NCBI GenBank assembly: GCA_010093605.1 | Contig: MU004186.1 | Span: forward strand, 1,654,616 to 1,718,615 | Length of the DNA stretch: 64,000 bases | DNA from: Lophium mytilinum | Taxonomy: Eukaryota | Reading direction: 5' to 3' | In this document: piece after piece, positions 1-12,200 of the stretch | How the letters are laid out: each line of letters opens with the position of its first letter | Position numbering within the stretch: position 1 is the first letter of the stretch | The notes under the pieces: model-generated | What the model was told of the DNA's origin: nothing | What the model saw: only the letters and a program-made list of their open reading frames with translations | Database searches by the model: none | Program-made: the position numbers and the translations under genes

Positions 1-3000
1 ACGCCGCCTAAGCCGGAAGAGCTTTCCGAGCTGGATTCTCTTCGCAACAAGATCGGAAACTCCTTCCAAGCAGCTGCCGGGCTAGTCAATGCTATTGCAA
101 AACCAGTCCCTCAGGGAACTGGTGATGGCAGCTATCTCCCCACAGAGCCGAGCGCCAGTCTGCTACACAAGATTGAAGGCACTTTGTCGGACATCAGTCA
201 CTTGTCAATTCCTGATATCAAAACCTTGATCGATATTCAGAAGTCCAGTATGTCTGGAGCATTGATAAACGACAAAACCTATCAGATGGAAGGTTTGGTC
301 CATGTAAGCGGATACCAATGATAACAGCAACGAGGCTGTTCCGCGCGCTTGCTAACATTCTTCCAGGCGGCAGCAGATCTACCAGACGGCTCGGGACTTC
401 GAACGAAGCTAACAGATCTGTTTCTTACGCAACTGTGGAACGACCTAGAGCATCCTCCCCAGTCGTTAGTAGTCTCATTCCATGGCACCAGCTCTCAAAA
501 TGTGTTATAGGCACCTGACCCAGATAGATATCTCGGCGGAAAGTACCAGTATCGGGCGGCTGATGGCTCAAACAACGTCAGTGAGCACAATTTTAACCAA
601 CACGGTGCTATCGCTGACTGTATTTACAGAGCCTCGTGCATCCTAGGCTAGGTGCAGCTGGTACCCCCTATGCGAGGACAGTGAAGCCGACCATGGCTCA
701 ACCGCCTTATCGCCCTGACCCTGGCGTTGTCTTCGACTCACTAATGACCCGCAAGCATCATGAGCTTCATCCTAACCGTATATCGAGTATGCTGTTCTAC
801 TTCGCCTCCATCATCATCCATGACCTATTCCGGACGGATCACCAAGATCCCTCGAACTCGTTGACCTCTTCCTATTTGGATCTTTCCCCGTTGTACGGTA
901 GCAATCAGGCGGAACAGGACTTGATGCGGACCAAAGACAAATACAACGGCAAGATCAAACCAGATTGTTTCTCAGAGGCTCGTCTGCTATCTTTCCCCCC
1001 TGGAGTTGGCGCACTCTTGATCATGTTTAATCGCTTTCACAATTACACTGTAGATAACCTTGCCGGCATAAACGAGAACGGCAGGTTCACAAAGCCTACG
1101 GAGCCGGCGGACCCGAAGGATAGCAAAGCCGCGGACGCTTACAAGGCAAAGTTGGTCAAGTATGATGAGGACCTTTTCCAAACTGGGCGGCTCATCACCT
1201 GTGGTCTGTACATCAACATCGTTCTAGTCGACTACGTCCGGACGATCCTGAACCTGAATCGTACCGACAGCAACTGGCAACTGAACCCTCGTGCCATCAT
1301 CAAAGATGGGCCTCCACTTGGAGTAGGGAATCAGGTCTCCGCAGAGTTCAACTTAGTATACCGATGGCATTCCGCCGTCTCAGACAAGGATGAAAAGTGG
1401 ACGCAAGACCTGTGGGATAAGATGTTCCCCGGTAGAGATGCGAAGTCCGTTGGCCAAGATGAATTCCTTAACAAGCTCAAGGATATGTATCATACCACAC
1501 CAAAAGAGCCCGAGTTGCGACCATTCGGAGGCCTGAAGCGTAATGCGGACGGCACCTATCCCGATGATGGCCTGGTCAAGATCTTGAAGGAGAGTGTTGA
1601 GGATTGTGCAAACTCCTTCGGAGCAAACAGAGTACCAGCCGTGATGCGAGCAATTGAGGTTCTCGGTATCCAGCAGGCGCGTTCTTGGAACCTCTGCTCG
1701 TTGAATGAGTTCAGGAAATATTTTGGACTGACGCCTCATGAGTCTTTCGAGAGCATCAACCCCGACAAAGACGTCGCCGAGCAGCTGAAGAATCTATACG
1801 AAACTCCTGACCAGGTTGAAATATATCCCGGTATCGTTGTCGAAGAGGCGAAGAAGCCATTGGCTCCCGGCGCTGGCCTCACACCACCCTTCACCGTCTC
1901 TCGAGCGGTGCTCTCCGATGCTGTTGCTCTTGTGCGAGGCGACAGATTCTATACGCTTGACTACAATCCTAAAACCTTGACGAACTGGGGATTCGCACAA
2001 GTTGACACCGATACCGGTATCGATAACGGTTGCGTCTTCTACAAGTTGTTCCTCCGCGCGTTCCCGGACCACTTCGAACAGAACTCGGTATATGCTCACT
2101 ATCCATTCACAACTCCAGATGCCATGAAGGACGTTCTAGTAGACCTTCACAAGGATCATCTGTACAACTTCGACAAGCCGAAATTCACGCCTCACCCGCA
2201 CATTATTCTTGGATATGAGGCGGCTACTAAAATCTTGGGTGACAAAGATACCTTCAAGGTCACTTGGGGAAAGAATATCGAGTTCTTAATGGGATCCCCA
2301 GCCAAGGACTTCATGCTTGCTGGAGACGGGCCCAAGAACGCCGAGTCGCGGAAGATGATGAAAGACGCGCTGTATACCAAGGACTGGAACGCGGAAGTGA
2401 AGGCATACTACGAGACTACCACCAAGAAGCTACTGAAAGAGAAATCCGCAAAGATCGCAGACTTCACGCAAGTCGATATCATTCGCGACATCGGCAACCT
2501 CGCCCATCTTCACTTCTGCTCCGAGCTCTTCATGCTCCCCTTAAAGACCGACAGCACGCCCGGCGTCATGACCGAAGCCGAGCTCTACCTCATCATGTCC
2601 GCAGTCTTCGCCCTCGTCTTCTTCGACGTCGACGTAGCCTCATCCTTCCCCCTCCACGTCAAAGCCCAAAAAGCCACCGCCCTCCTCGGCAAACTTGTCC
2701 AACTCAACGTCGAAGAAATCGCGCACGCCGGCGTCCTCTCCTCCGTCATGCAATCCATCTGGCCCAACGACACCCCACTCAAGCACTACGGCAAGCACAT
2801 GATCAAGCGCCTCCTCGACTCGGGCCTCGACGTCAAAACGCTCGTCTGGGGCCATATCCTCGGCACCGCCGGCGGCATGGTCGCCAACCAAGGCCAGCTC
2901 TTCGGTCAGACGATCGAATTCTTCCTCACCGACCCCCTCGGCAAAGAGCAATGGCCCAAAGTGCAAGCCCTCGCGCAGCTCGACACCGACGACGCCTTCG

Positions 3001-3518
3001 ACACGCTGATGCACTACTTCCTCGAAGGCTCGCGCCTCTACGGCGAAACCGGCGTCTTCCGCGACGTCGCTACCGCCGCTGAGATCCACGACGGCGATAC
3101 TACGCTGCAGCTAAAGGCCGGCGACCGCGTCTTCGTGCACCTTCGCGCTGTCTCGCATGACCCGGTGGCGTTCCCGCACCCAGATCAGTTCGACCCGACG
3201 CGCGATCTGGATTCGTATGTGCATCTGGGCTCCGGCCCGCATGAGTGTCTGGGCTTGCCGATGACGCGGGTTGCGTTGACGACGATGCTGAGGGAGGTGG
3301 CGAGGTTGCCGGGTTTGCGGCCGGCGTTGGGCCCGCAGGGGCGCGTGCATAAGGTCGCGAAGGTGTTGTTTGAGGGGGAGAGGTACCCGTATCATGCGTA
3401 TTTGACGGAGAAGCATGATAGTTATTGGCCGTTTCCATGCTGTAAGTTTTCTTCCTATGTTATAGTTGGAGGGGTGATTGCTAATGTTTTGGTAGCGCTG
3501 AAGGTCAATTGGGATTAG
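1..3518 (+). CDS. ppo: Linoleate diol synthase / psi-producing oxygenase (heme dioxygenase-cytochrome P450 fusion), 5' end outside window; introns ~304-366, 465-527, 577-629, 3442-3495
   Basis: Spliced N-terminus WNDLEHPPQSYLG..YRAADGSNN. Dioxygenase motifs IIIHDLF (distal His), SSYLDLSPLYG and EFNLVYRWH (catalytic Tyr/proximal His). C-terminal P450 domain with ANQGQ (NxxQ), EGSR and HLGSGPHECLG (thiolate Cys). Confidence 0.95.
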
Positions 3519-3809
3519 AGTTGGGGTTGGTGGTGGTTGCGGTGAGTAGAGGGGGTCTGGAGGGGGTGACGTCTTGGGACTGAGGGTTGCTGGACTTGGA
3601 TAGCAAAAGTGTCGACTAGTAACTCGAATTGGTGTGCGTACATTGGGTAGGTGGCTTCTTCGGGCTCGCGACGTACTCCTTCTGAATGAGAAACCCCATT
3701 GTTGGCTCCTGAAAGAAACGCATAGAGTGGACGGTTTCTTCAAGCTTGAAAATGGTGAGGCCTTAACAAGGACAGCGATTGAGTGCTACAGGGCTCCACT
3801 CCACCTTCC

Positions 3810-4625
3810 ATGTTATGCGGCGCACGTAGCGCACCCCCTTGCGTGCCATCTGTCTCTCCTGAAAAACCTCCTCCGCGGTGAGATTCCTGACTTCTTTCAA
3901 TAAAAGCACTCCGTTGGGTGCACGTAAGGTACCCCCCTTAACGTCCCCTCTTCGCCTACCAGGAAATTGTCGTACGTGGTTAGATAGGCGATTCTTCTCA
4001 TGAAAGGAACTGCTTGGGTGCAGGTTGCGGCTCCTCTTGCGTGCCATCCGCGTCTATGAAAAGCTCATTTACGCGGTCAGATATGTGGTTTCTGCTTATA
4101 AAAGGGACTGCGTGAGGTATACGCAGTGTACTCCTTTGTGTGCCATTCGTGTCTATGAAGAATTCTCTCTCGCGGTTAGATCTGTTACTTCCTCTAAGAA
4201 AAGGGACTACGCTGGGGCATACGTAACATGCCCCTTTGCGTGGTATCCGCGTCGAAGAAAGAACATTTCAGGCGGTTAGATATGTGAAATCTTCTTCTAA
4301 AACGGACTACGCTAGGGCAGACGTAGCGTACCCCTTTGCGTAGCCTCTCTGTCTGCCCTAAATCCGTTTATGCGGTTGGATCCGTGACTTCCTGCAGTGA
4401 AGTCAACCACGCATTGGCAAACGTAGCATACCCCTCTGCGTACCCTCCGCGCTTAGTGAAGTCCTACCACACGGTTAGATCTGTACCTTCTTCCGCTAAA
4501 AGGGACTACACCAAGGCATACGTAGCGTACCCTTTTCCATAACCTTCGCGGTTACTGAAGTCCTTTCACACGGTCAGATCTGAGACTTCTTCCGTCAAAA
4601 GGGATTACGTTAGCTACACACGCGT
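3810..4625. repeat. Degenerate tandem array, about 8 units of 97-101 bp
   Basis: Core GGTNRGAT recurs at 3877, 3978, 4075, 4174, 4274, 4374, 4473 and 4572. Most cores are followed by an AAAAGGGACTAC...ACGTAGCGTACCCCTTTGCG-like block. Confidence 0.9.
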
Positions 4626-4718
4626 GAGAAATTGAAGGCGTGGTAGGTACATATGATATTGGAACGATGGTACTGTCAATTCCGTATCCCAGTGCACGTG
4701 GCTTTAGGCACTCATATC

Positions 4719-4743
4719 GGGGGGGGGGGGGGGGGGGGGGGGG
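4719..4743. repeat. Poly-G tract (25 G)
   Basis: Read directly from the sequence. Confidence 0.95.
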
Positions 4744-5060
4744 AAGAAGAGCTGCTAGCGAAAAGTAGGAGTTATGGGCCGAGGAAGGAGGGGTGCTGCA
4801 GTGATTAAGGGAACGTATCAGGGGGACTGCGCTTCGCGATACAAAGACGGAAACGTGCGAAGATGTGCATGTGAGAGACGGCGAGTGGGAGTAAGGCATA
4901 GCGCTCAGAGCGCTAAAACCTGTATTTATGAATTTCATGATTCCCATCCTCTTTCAGTTACATCTGATCCCAATCGCGCAGAGACCCAAAGACAAAAAGC
5001 CGCCGTCATCCCCCCAAGTTCTATGAAACACACCACCACCCCGACTGTGATCGAGGAAGA

Positions 5061-6612
5061 CTACCGTGTCGTCCACTCCTGCGTGAACTCCTGCGTCACC
5101 GTAATCTTCTGATCCCGCTTCGACATCCGATGGGCATCAAGCGGCCCGGTATTCTCGATAGCATACTGCTCGTTTATCTCGGGAACGTTGATCTCCCTGG
5201 TAGACCCGTGTTCCGACCCGGCCTCCACATTCATGGTCCTTTTGCTGTCGCCGAGGGAACGCAGGGGGTAGTCTTCGTCGAGTTGCTGGAAGTTCGAGGA
5301 GTGCAGCTTCTCGCTTGTGTTTTTGCTCTTGGAGAGAGAGCTAAAGCCGGAGCCGAGGAGTGGGCGGATTACGGGCAGGCAGGCGAGCGTGATGCCGATG
5401 GCTGGCTCGAGCATGCTCCAGATCAGCGCGTTGGGGACGGAGTAGGTGATGTCGGAGTCTGGGAGGGTTAGATGATGTTTGAGGATTCGAGTCGTTGCGG
5501 CTTGAAGTGGCATATCAGAGAGGTGTAGTCTGACTTACAAGAGAGATGGATGAGCGTAATCAGTCGAACGACGCTGACAACACACACGAAGAAGCCTACA
5601 GTGAACACACCTAGGAGTCCAATCTTATTGGCCCTTTTCATCTGTAGATTCCAGATGAGCGGGAGCGGAAGGGCCAGTACAATGACTTATAGTGGTGGTA
5701 CAAGATCAGCAAGAGTTCCAGATAAAGAAGTGCGTTGATACTACTAAAGCCTGCTCTATACTTTCTACGAATAGTGAAGCCCTCTTGAAACGCTAATCAA
5801 ATTAGGCTGCGTAAGGACAACACCATGCGGCAGTATAGGGACAAACACGTAGTGTATGTACCGGGGTTTTACTTACCGTCGGTACAGATGTTAAATGCTC
5901 CTGTGAGCTCGTACGACAGGATTTGATTGCCGCAGTGTCCGTTAGGAATAGTCTGATCCCAATTGAAAGCGAACGGCCGGCAAAGCAGAAATCCGCAAAT
6001 AATAACGCTTAATGCCCACAGAACGACGACTACGCCGATAATGCGAGCGGCAAGTCGAAAGGCAGGGACCGTGAAAATTCTCGTATAGAAGAATAGAATT
6101 GAAGTCTTGGTGAACATGAGACTCGTTGCCCAGAGGATTTGCACAGCGATAAGGTCCTTCAGCATGTCAGCAACATGTCTTTACAGAGTACAAGACAAAG
6201 GTTGATAGAAATGTGGACCAGGGAAATAGTCACCTTTGCGAAAATAGTCAATGGTTGACGTCCATATTTGCCCACTACCTCAGTGACATGAAGGCCAACG
6301 CCGCCATGCACAACTCCTGTATAGAGTTAAATCTATAGAAGGCGAAAAGTAGTGGATTTGAAATTTACCAACAATATCACATCCCACAAGCCCCAGAAAG
6401 CAGACCTTAATTTAGTATTAGTGAAATGTTCATTGCGCAGTCGTTGATGTCTCTACCAGTGCTAGAAAAATGGAGTAGTCATCCCACTCAAGTTGGAGTC
6501 GCTTTTTTCTTCTCGCGAAAAGGCGCAATGTGACTGAAATCGTGGCAATTGCAGCAAACGTCACAGCAACAGCCACCGGCGACTTCTGGGATGAAGTACG
6601 TAGGGGAATCAT
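5061..6612 (-). CDS. PTH11-like (fungal rhodopsin-domain) 7TM integral membrane protein without CFEM, 6 exons
   Basis: Spliced exons give LRLFAR..L.WDDY, HGGVGLH, TKTSILFFYTRIF, CRPFAFNWD...GHC, NICTD.IVLALPLP.IWNLQM and WSMLEPAIGITLACLP, the motif series of this family. Confidence 0.9.
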
Positions 6613-8395
6613 GATGGTGTGGAAAACGGTAGGCTACGAAGAAGTAGAGGGCAGATCAAGAAAGCCCCCGAGGGAGTGTGAGAGGCGAAGAAGCACTTCA
6701 CCAATAGACCTAGCGCAGACTCTGGGCTCTCGGAATGAGGGTCGACAGAGGGGAAAGCCATTGAAAGAGCATCCGCGCATTAACACAAAAGAAATGGTAT
6801 GAAGATCTTTGCCAACATGATACTACGTGCTGCAGGCACGGATCCACAATCAACCGCGGTCGAAGAGCCGATCCATCGGAAGTCAGCTCCCTAGCGGCCC
6901 AAAGGGTTCATCAGGATCCGTGGTGAAGGTGTACCTGGAGCTTGCTCAACGATCACAGAACTCAACCAATTGAACGCAAGGAGCGACGAAGCAGCTAAGC
7001 CTGTATGAACACTGACACGGTGGCGTTGTGTCTACCCGAGCCCTGATACTACAAGCGCTCCCGGTCCCACAGTCCTGGAGCGTCCTAGTCAGAGGAACAC
7101 GAAAGATCCATAGTGTTCACGACTCGCGAAAGACTTTGTTGGCCAGGGAGAGCAGCAGAACCGATGTATTTCGAGTTCCCGGTGCTATCGTCTGGGTCAG
7201 CGTAAGCAACCCTCTTGTAATAGAGGAGAGAGCTGTGTAGAAGAGGGACGGCACTGTGGCCCCTACTACATCTTCGCGGAAGATTGAAAAATGCCTACTG
7301 TACTTTCCTGCTTTCTTTACATCCGCTCTGGTAGGCGGACACGCTGTCGATCAGCTTGCGAAGACATCTCCACATAACATCTTCTGTATGCGAGCCTTTA
7401 GGGCCCAGATGAAACGACCGGGTCTTGGACCACTGTAACCCCCACCGAGGGGGCTGCTCCCTGGTTGCGGAGCCGGTGGCCCGTTATCCGCAGACGTTTT
7501 CGCCGCTCCCGCGCCTTAGCACAGACCGTACTATGCGCAGTGCTACATATCAGTAGTATGTATTGCTCTCTATATATGTGGTAGAGGGCGTTGATTGTAC
7601 GTAAGCCGTCACGTTAACAATGAACTTACATGTGACGTAGTGAACCAGATGCTCTGAAGTTGTCGAGAAATTTTCTTTCAACTTGCGCAGACAAGCTTTT
7701 TGATGTCTGTCTCATGTGCCCGAAGGAAGAAAGCAGTGTCTACCCCACTTTACTGCCACGAGCCTTTAACTGCAGCATCAAGCCTTCCTGATCGTCGTGA
7801 TGTGTATCTAGCGAGACGGCTCAAGCATGCTGATATTCCGAAGTCGCTCGTGGGGCTAAGGAATCATTTCGTAAGAGGCGTATTGTTTAATTTGAAAATC
7901 TTCTCTTCACACTAACGCTATTTTTCGGAGAATCACCGCATGTGTACTAAGGTGGACGGAATCTAGTAACATTGGTAAGTGGATTACTGTAAGCTGGAAG
8001 TCTGATCCTAAAGGGGTCTCAGCAGCACAGCAGGGTCTTCGAGAGTTCCGGTGTGCCGGAATCAGTTCTAGACTCCGCGGAGCGCGTTTTGTATAAGTCC
8101 AAGGATTTGTGGTAAGTGACAAGGATAATATAGCCCACCGAAAAGTTCCGAAGATCACTTCCCTTTCAACGACTAAAATCAGCCAGGATGAATAGCTTGC
8201 CGTTCGACACTAGCCGAATTTCGCTGCGGCATCTCCTTTGGTCGAATCCACGACTCGAGCGAATCAATGATAGGCGAATTCTCCTTAGCCATAGTTTTTT
8301 GTCCTGGCCGCTCACGCGAGGAGATCGCGTCTTCGCTTCTCCGATAAACATCGAAACGGCCTCGTGTTGGGTTGTCTTTCTTTCACAAGCCAAGG

Positions 8396-10106
8396 ATGTT
8401 TTCCGGCCTCATGGAGGGTGTAAGTTACCCCACTATCGCCGGTATTCTGCTTTTTGCCTCCATCTTGGTAGTAGCAATTAGAAGGAGATACTTTTCGTCT
8501 ATCAGTGATATTCCAGGCCCCTTCCTGGCATCCTTCTCGGTCTTGTGGGAAGTATGGAGTATTATCGGAGGACGCATTGAGTTCAAGACCATTGCTCTAC
8601 ATGAGAAGCTCGGTAGGCTTTGACTATGGCCGCAATGACCGTAGCTGATAAAGCTCTGAAGGATACTTCGTTCGTATTAGCCATAATGAAGTCAGTGTCA
8701 GCCACCCAGAGGGTATACGCAAGATCCTCCTCAACCCCATCCGAAAGGCCGATTGGTACAAGGTTATGGCTCTCCCAGACCACAGGTTTCAGGTGCTCCC
8801 CCTATTGAATTTAGTCGATTTGAGATTCTCTCTTGCTAAGATAGGCAGACACCGATGTCTGAGGTTGATCCTAAGATACGCGTCGAGAGAGCTAGGAATG
8901 TTGCTGCTGCTTACTCTCTTTCGCACATCATCAAGTTCGAGCCATATGTCGATGGCGCCATCTCACTTCTGAGCAAACGCCTGGGTGAACTTGCTGCTGG
9001 TGGCAAACCAGTTGAGTTTGATAAATGGTTCAACTACATGGCTTTCGATGTGATTGGAGAGGTCACGTTTTCCAACGCTTTCGGATTCCTTGAAAGCGGG
9101 AAAGACCTAGGAGGGAGTATCGCCAACTCCAGAGTCTTGACTCTTTACGTCACGATTGCAGGCTTCTTCTATTCGCTCCACAAGCACACTCTCGGTAATC
9201 CGATTGTGAACAAGCTGAACCTCATGCCGCAACAACATATTTTCGATACTACGAAGCGGGCCATTCAGATCCGGCAGAAGAATCCGGATGTGAGGAACGA
9301 TATGCTATCGGTGTGGCTGCAGCAACTCAAGGAGTATCCAGACCGATTCAAGGAGAACGACATGTATGGTGTGGTAAATGCAACGGTCGGGGCTGGTGCC
9401 GATACTGTGTCAGCATCTCTTCAAGCGTTTTTTTATTACATGTTGAGAAGTCCAGCAAGCTTTCAACGTTGTCGAGAAGAAATTGATGAAGCGCAGACGG
9501 AAAAGGACCGCCCAGTGCCCTACAATGTCGCTCGACAGCTGCCATATCTCCAGGCCTGCTTGAAGGAGACTTGGAGATTGCATACTCCAGTTGCCCTTGG
9601 TCTGGCAAGAGTTGTTCCCAAGGAGGGACTGACTATTGGCGGAAGATTCTTCGAACCAGGTGTAAGTTGATCTCGAGATGAGGCACTGCAAAAACAACGA
9701 TTCTAGATGCGTGAGCAGAACTAATTAGAAGCAGACCAAGCTTAGTATACACCAATGGGTCATCCACAGGAGCAAAGAATTTTTTGGTGAAGACGCTAGC
9801 GAGTTCAATCCTTCAAGATGGCTCGAGCCGAGAGGACAGGCGATGGAACAGTATTACATACCGGTGAGACGTGAGAAATTTCCGCATGGGATTGAAGCTG
9901 ACTAGGCTGGACAGTTTGGCGCTGGATACAATTCGTGCCCTGGGCGTAACCTAGCAATGCTAGAGGTTTCGAAAGCTGCTTCCACCTTAGTGCGAGACTT
10001 CGACATTCGTCAGGTCGACCCAAAGCAGAGCTGGACTTACGAGTGTCATTTCACCGCCGTACCGTATGGGTGGCCTTGTTATGTCACGCGGAGGGAGACT
10101 TCATAG
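8396..10106 (+). CDS. Cytochrome P450 monooxygenase (pisatin demethylase-like), multi-exon
   Basis: N-terminal TM followed by IPGP; I-helix AGADT; ExxR (ETWR); FNPSRW; heme motif FGAGYNSCPG at ~9915-9945; stop at 10104-10106. Confidence 0.93.
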
Positions 10107-10557
10107 TGCCCGTAGTCAACTCGGTGGCGGAAGACTTACTAATGATGAGTCCGCATTCGCTCCTTGAGCTTTCTGACTCTGTCAGGCTGTAAGACTCTCC
10201 AATGTATAGGCGCTGTTCTCCAAGAGCCTTGATTGGGCATTCCTCTAGGTATGAGCGGACTTGCCAGCAATGAGAATATAGTAGCGATAATAAAGGATTT
10301 GACGACATGTTTGATCCAATTCGAGAGATCTGCTGATGGATGAAGGTGGAGGAGATGAGTATACGACGTCGAGCAGTCTTTGTGAGTTTGCGCTAATGAC
10401 GCTAGGCCTAATAAGGGTGTAACTTTTGATTCTCTATCGCTCTCTTATTCTAGCAATCCCATCTCGGCAGTGTTGAATCCCTGCTTGCTTGATATTGCTT
10501 TTAGTATTAACAAGCCGAATGGCCTGGTGAAATACTCAGCCTCACAAAGTACAGGCT

Positions 10558-11491
10558 TCACCCCCTCTTGACAAGATATCCAACAATAAACGGAATCGCC
10601 GTCGTTGGATCCACGCTCTCCAGGTGCACCTCTTCCCAACCCTCTTTCCCTGCTGCGTCCAACAAATACTGCTTAGTGTTTCGATCAACGGTACATCCTC
10701 CCATGAAGAATTTCCAGCCTAAGAGAGCATAGATGGCCTGGAATAGTCTCGCGAGTATGGCACCGTCATCGCGCCATGGATTGATGACATGTTCGCAGAA
10801 AATCAATCTTCCTCCCGGCTTGATAAGTCTGTACAGCCCTTGGATAGTTTCTTCAGGCCGCGGCACTCCACACAGAACACGCACACACACAACCTCGTCA
10901 AATACGCCTTGAGAAGCACCGTCTTTAAAGACACTAGCTTTTGCGAGCGCTGGAATCAAGCTTTCGGGCTCTCCGCCGCAATGCAGCGCCTTGTACTTCC
11001 CACCGAAGCCGGTTTTCTCGGCACTCCTTAGCAAGCCGGGGTGGAGATCGATGCCTGGCTCCGCTCCGTACATGATATCGACTTTCGAGGCATCAAAGCG
11101 AGTAAGTTGTTCCCCGCTGCCAGGGCCAACGTCGAGGACAGTGCCGTGGACGGTTTGGAGAAGTTCGTCCAAGTTGCCTGGCATTTCAAGAGACATAGCT
11201 TCGCCTGATAGGATATTAAGACTTTGATTGAGGGGAATTGTAGTCGATGGGGACTACCATTGTTTATCCAGATTCTTGCAAAAGACTTTTCTCGCAGTTT
11301 GGAAAGGTTGAAGAGCAGAGATGGTTCGCGATGGACAAAAATTGTTTCCAGTATCGTCATACCAAAGTCTATGGGTTCTAGTCAGCATAACGCTGTAGTG
11401 CAACGTTGTTCGACATTTGCATACGGTAGACAGCCAGCCCCAATAGGAGAGAGGGCCGAAGAAGCCTTGGAATCCAGTCTGCCAAAGCCAT
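10558..11491 (-). CDS. Class I SAM-dependent methyltransferase (METTL7-like) with N-terminal hydrophobic segment
   Basis: Motif I VLDVGPGSG, then GAEP, FDEVVCVRVLCGV, LIKPGGRLIFCEH and GC..DR. Upstream exons joined by GT-AG introns from ATG 11491. Confidence 0.88.
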
Positions 11492-12200
11492 TTTGATAAA
11501 TTGTGCGCTGAAATCGAGTAAGCGGCGGGACAAGTCGTGACGGGCTGAGCGCCGAGGCTGCGAGAAATTTCAAGTCAAAGAAAAGGCGGGAGGATACGAG
11601 TTTTATAGTTTGGGATAGGCCTAAACTGCGTGCCACGGCCCAAGCCGATTGTCTAAACTGCAAGTAGCTCTTTGAGGGCTGATACAGGGAGGGTGCGGGG
11701 TGATCACAGACAGCCAACTCTCGAACTCCTCTGTGCGATACCTAGATACGGTTTTCAATGAATCAATCTATAGCCCAGCATAAAACGAAACAGAGGCTAA
11801 ATTAAGATAGGGCTGCAGCTATATAGCATTCTGGACGGAGCAATAAGTCTAATGCTGTGCAGATATGAAACGGGAGTGACGTCTAGATCAGAACCAGTGT
11901 AATTCATATTAGAGAGTTTTGCTGTCTCGATGCCTTGTAAGGTTCTTACCACAACTCGAGCATGCTATGAACTCCGCACCAGCTTACCGCGAGGCCTTAT
12001 GGTGGGCCTCAAATACAACGCATGCTCCTGTTGATGGCTCGCCGAGCTCATCGCGACCTATTTGTGGAGAATGGTGCATGATCCTAGATATGATCACTTT
12101 CTGCTTCAAATAGCTCCCTTCCCCTCCTCCCCCCCTCGTCAACATCACGGCCTGCCTCGGTCCTAACTTCTTCGACCCGTTCTGTCATAAGTTCTTCATC

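Noticed and set aside
2264..3743. Long alternative-frame and antisense ORFs overlapping ppo (2264-3082, 2640-3089, 3111-3743)
   Set aside because: By-products of extreme C/G third-position bias in the real gene.
3810..4625. CRISPR array or ankyrin-coding (33-aa) interpretation of the 99-bp array
   Set aside because: Eukaryotic context, no cas genes, and similarity spans the whole unit with no unique spacers. Translations lack correct TPLH..A..G spacing, and 100-bp units shift frame.
4552..4947. Minus-strand ORF with poly-Pro
   Set aside because: The proline run is just the poly-G tract; no other coding signal.
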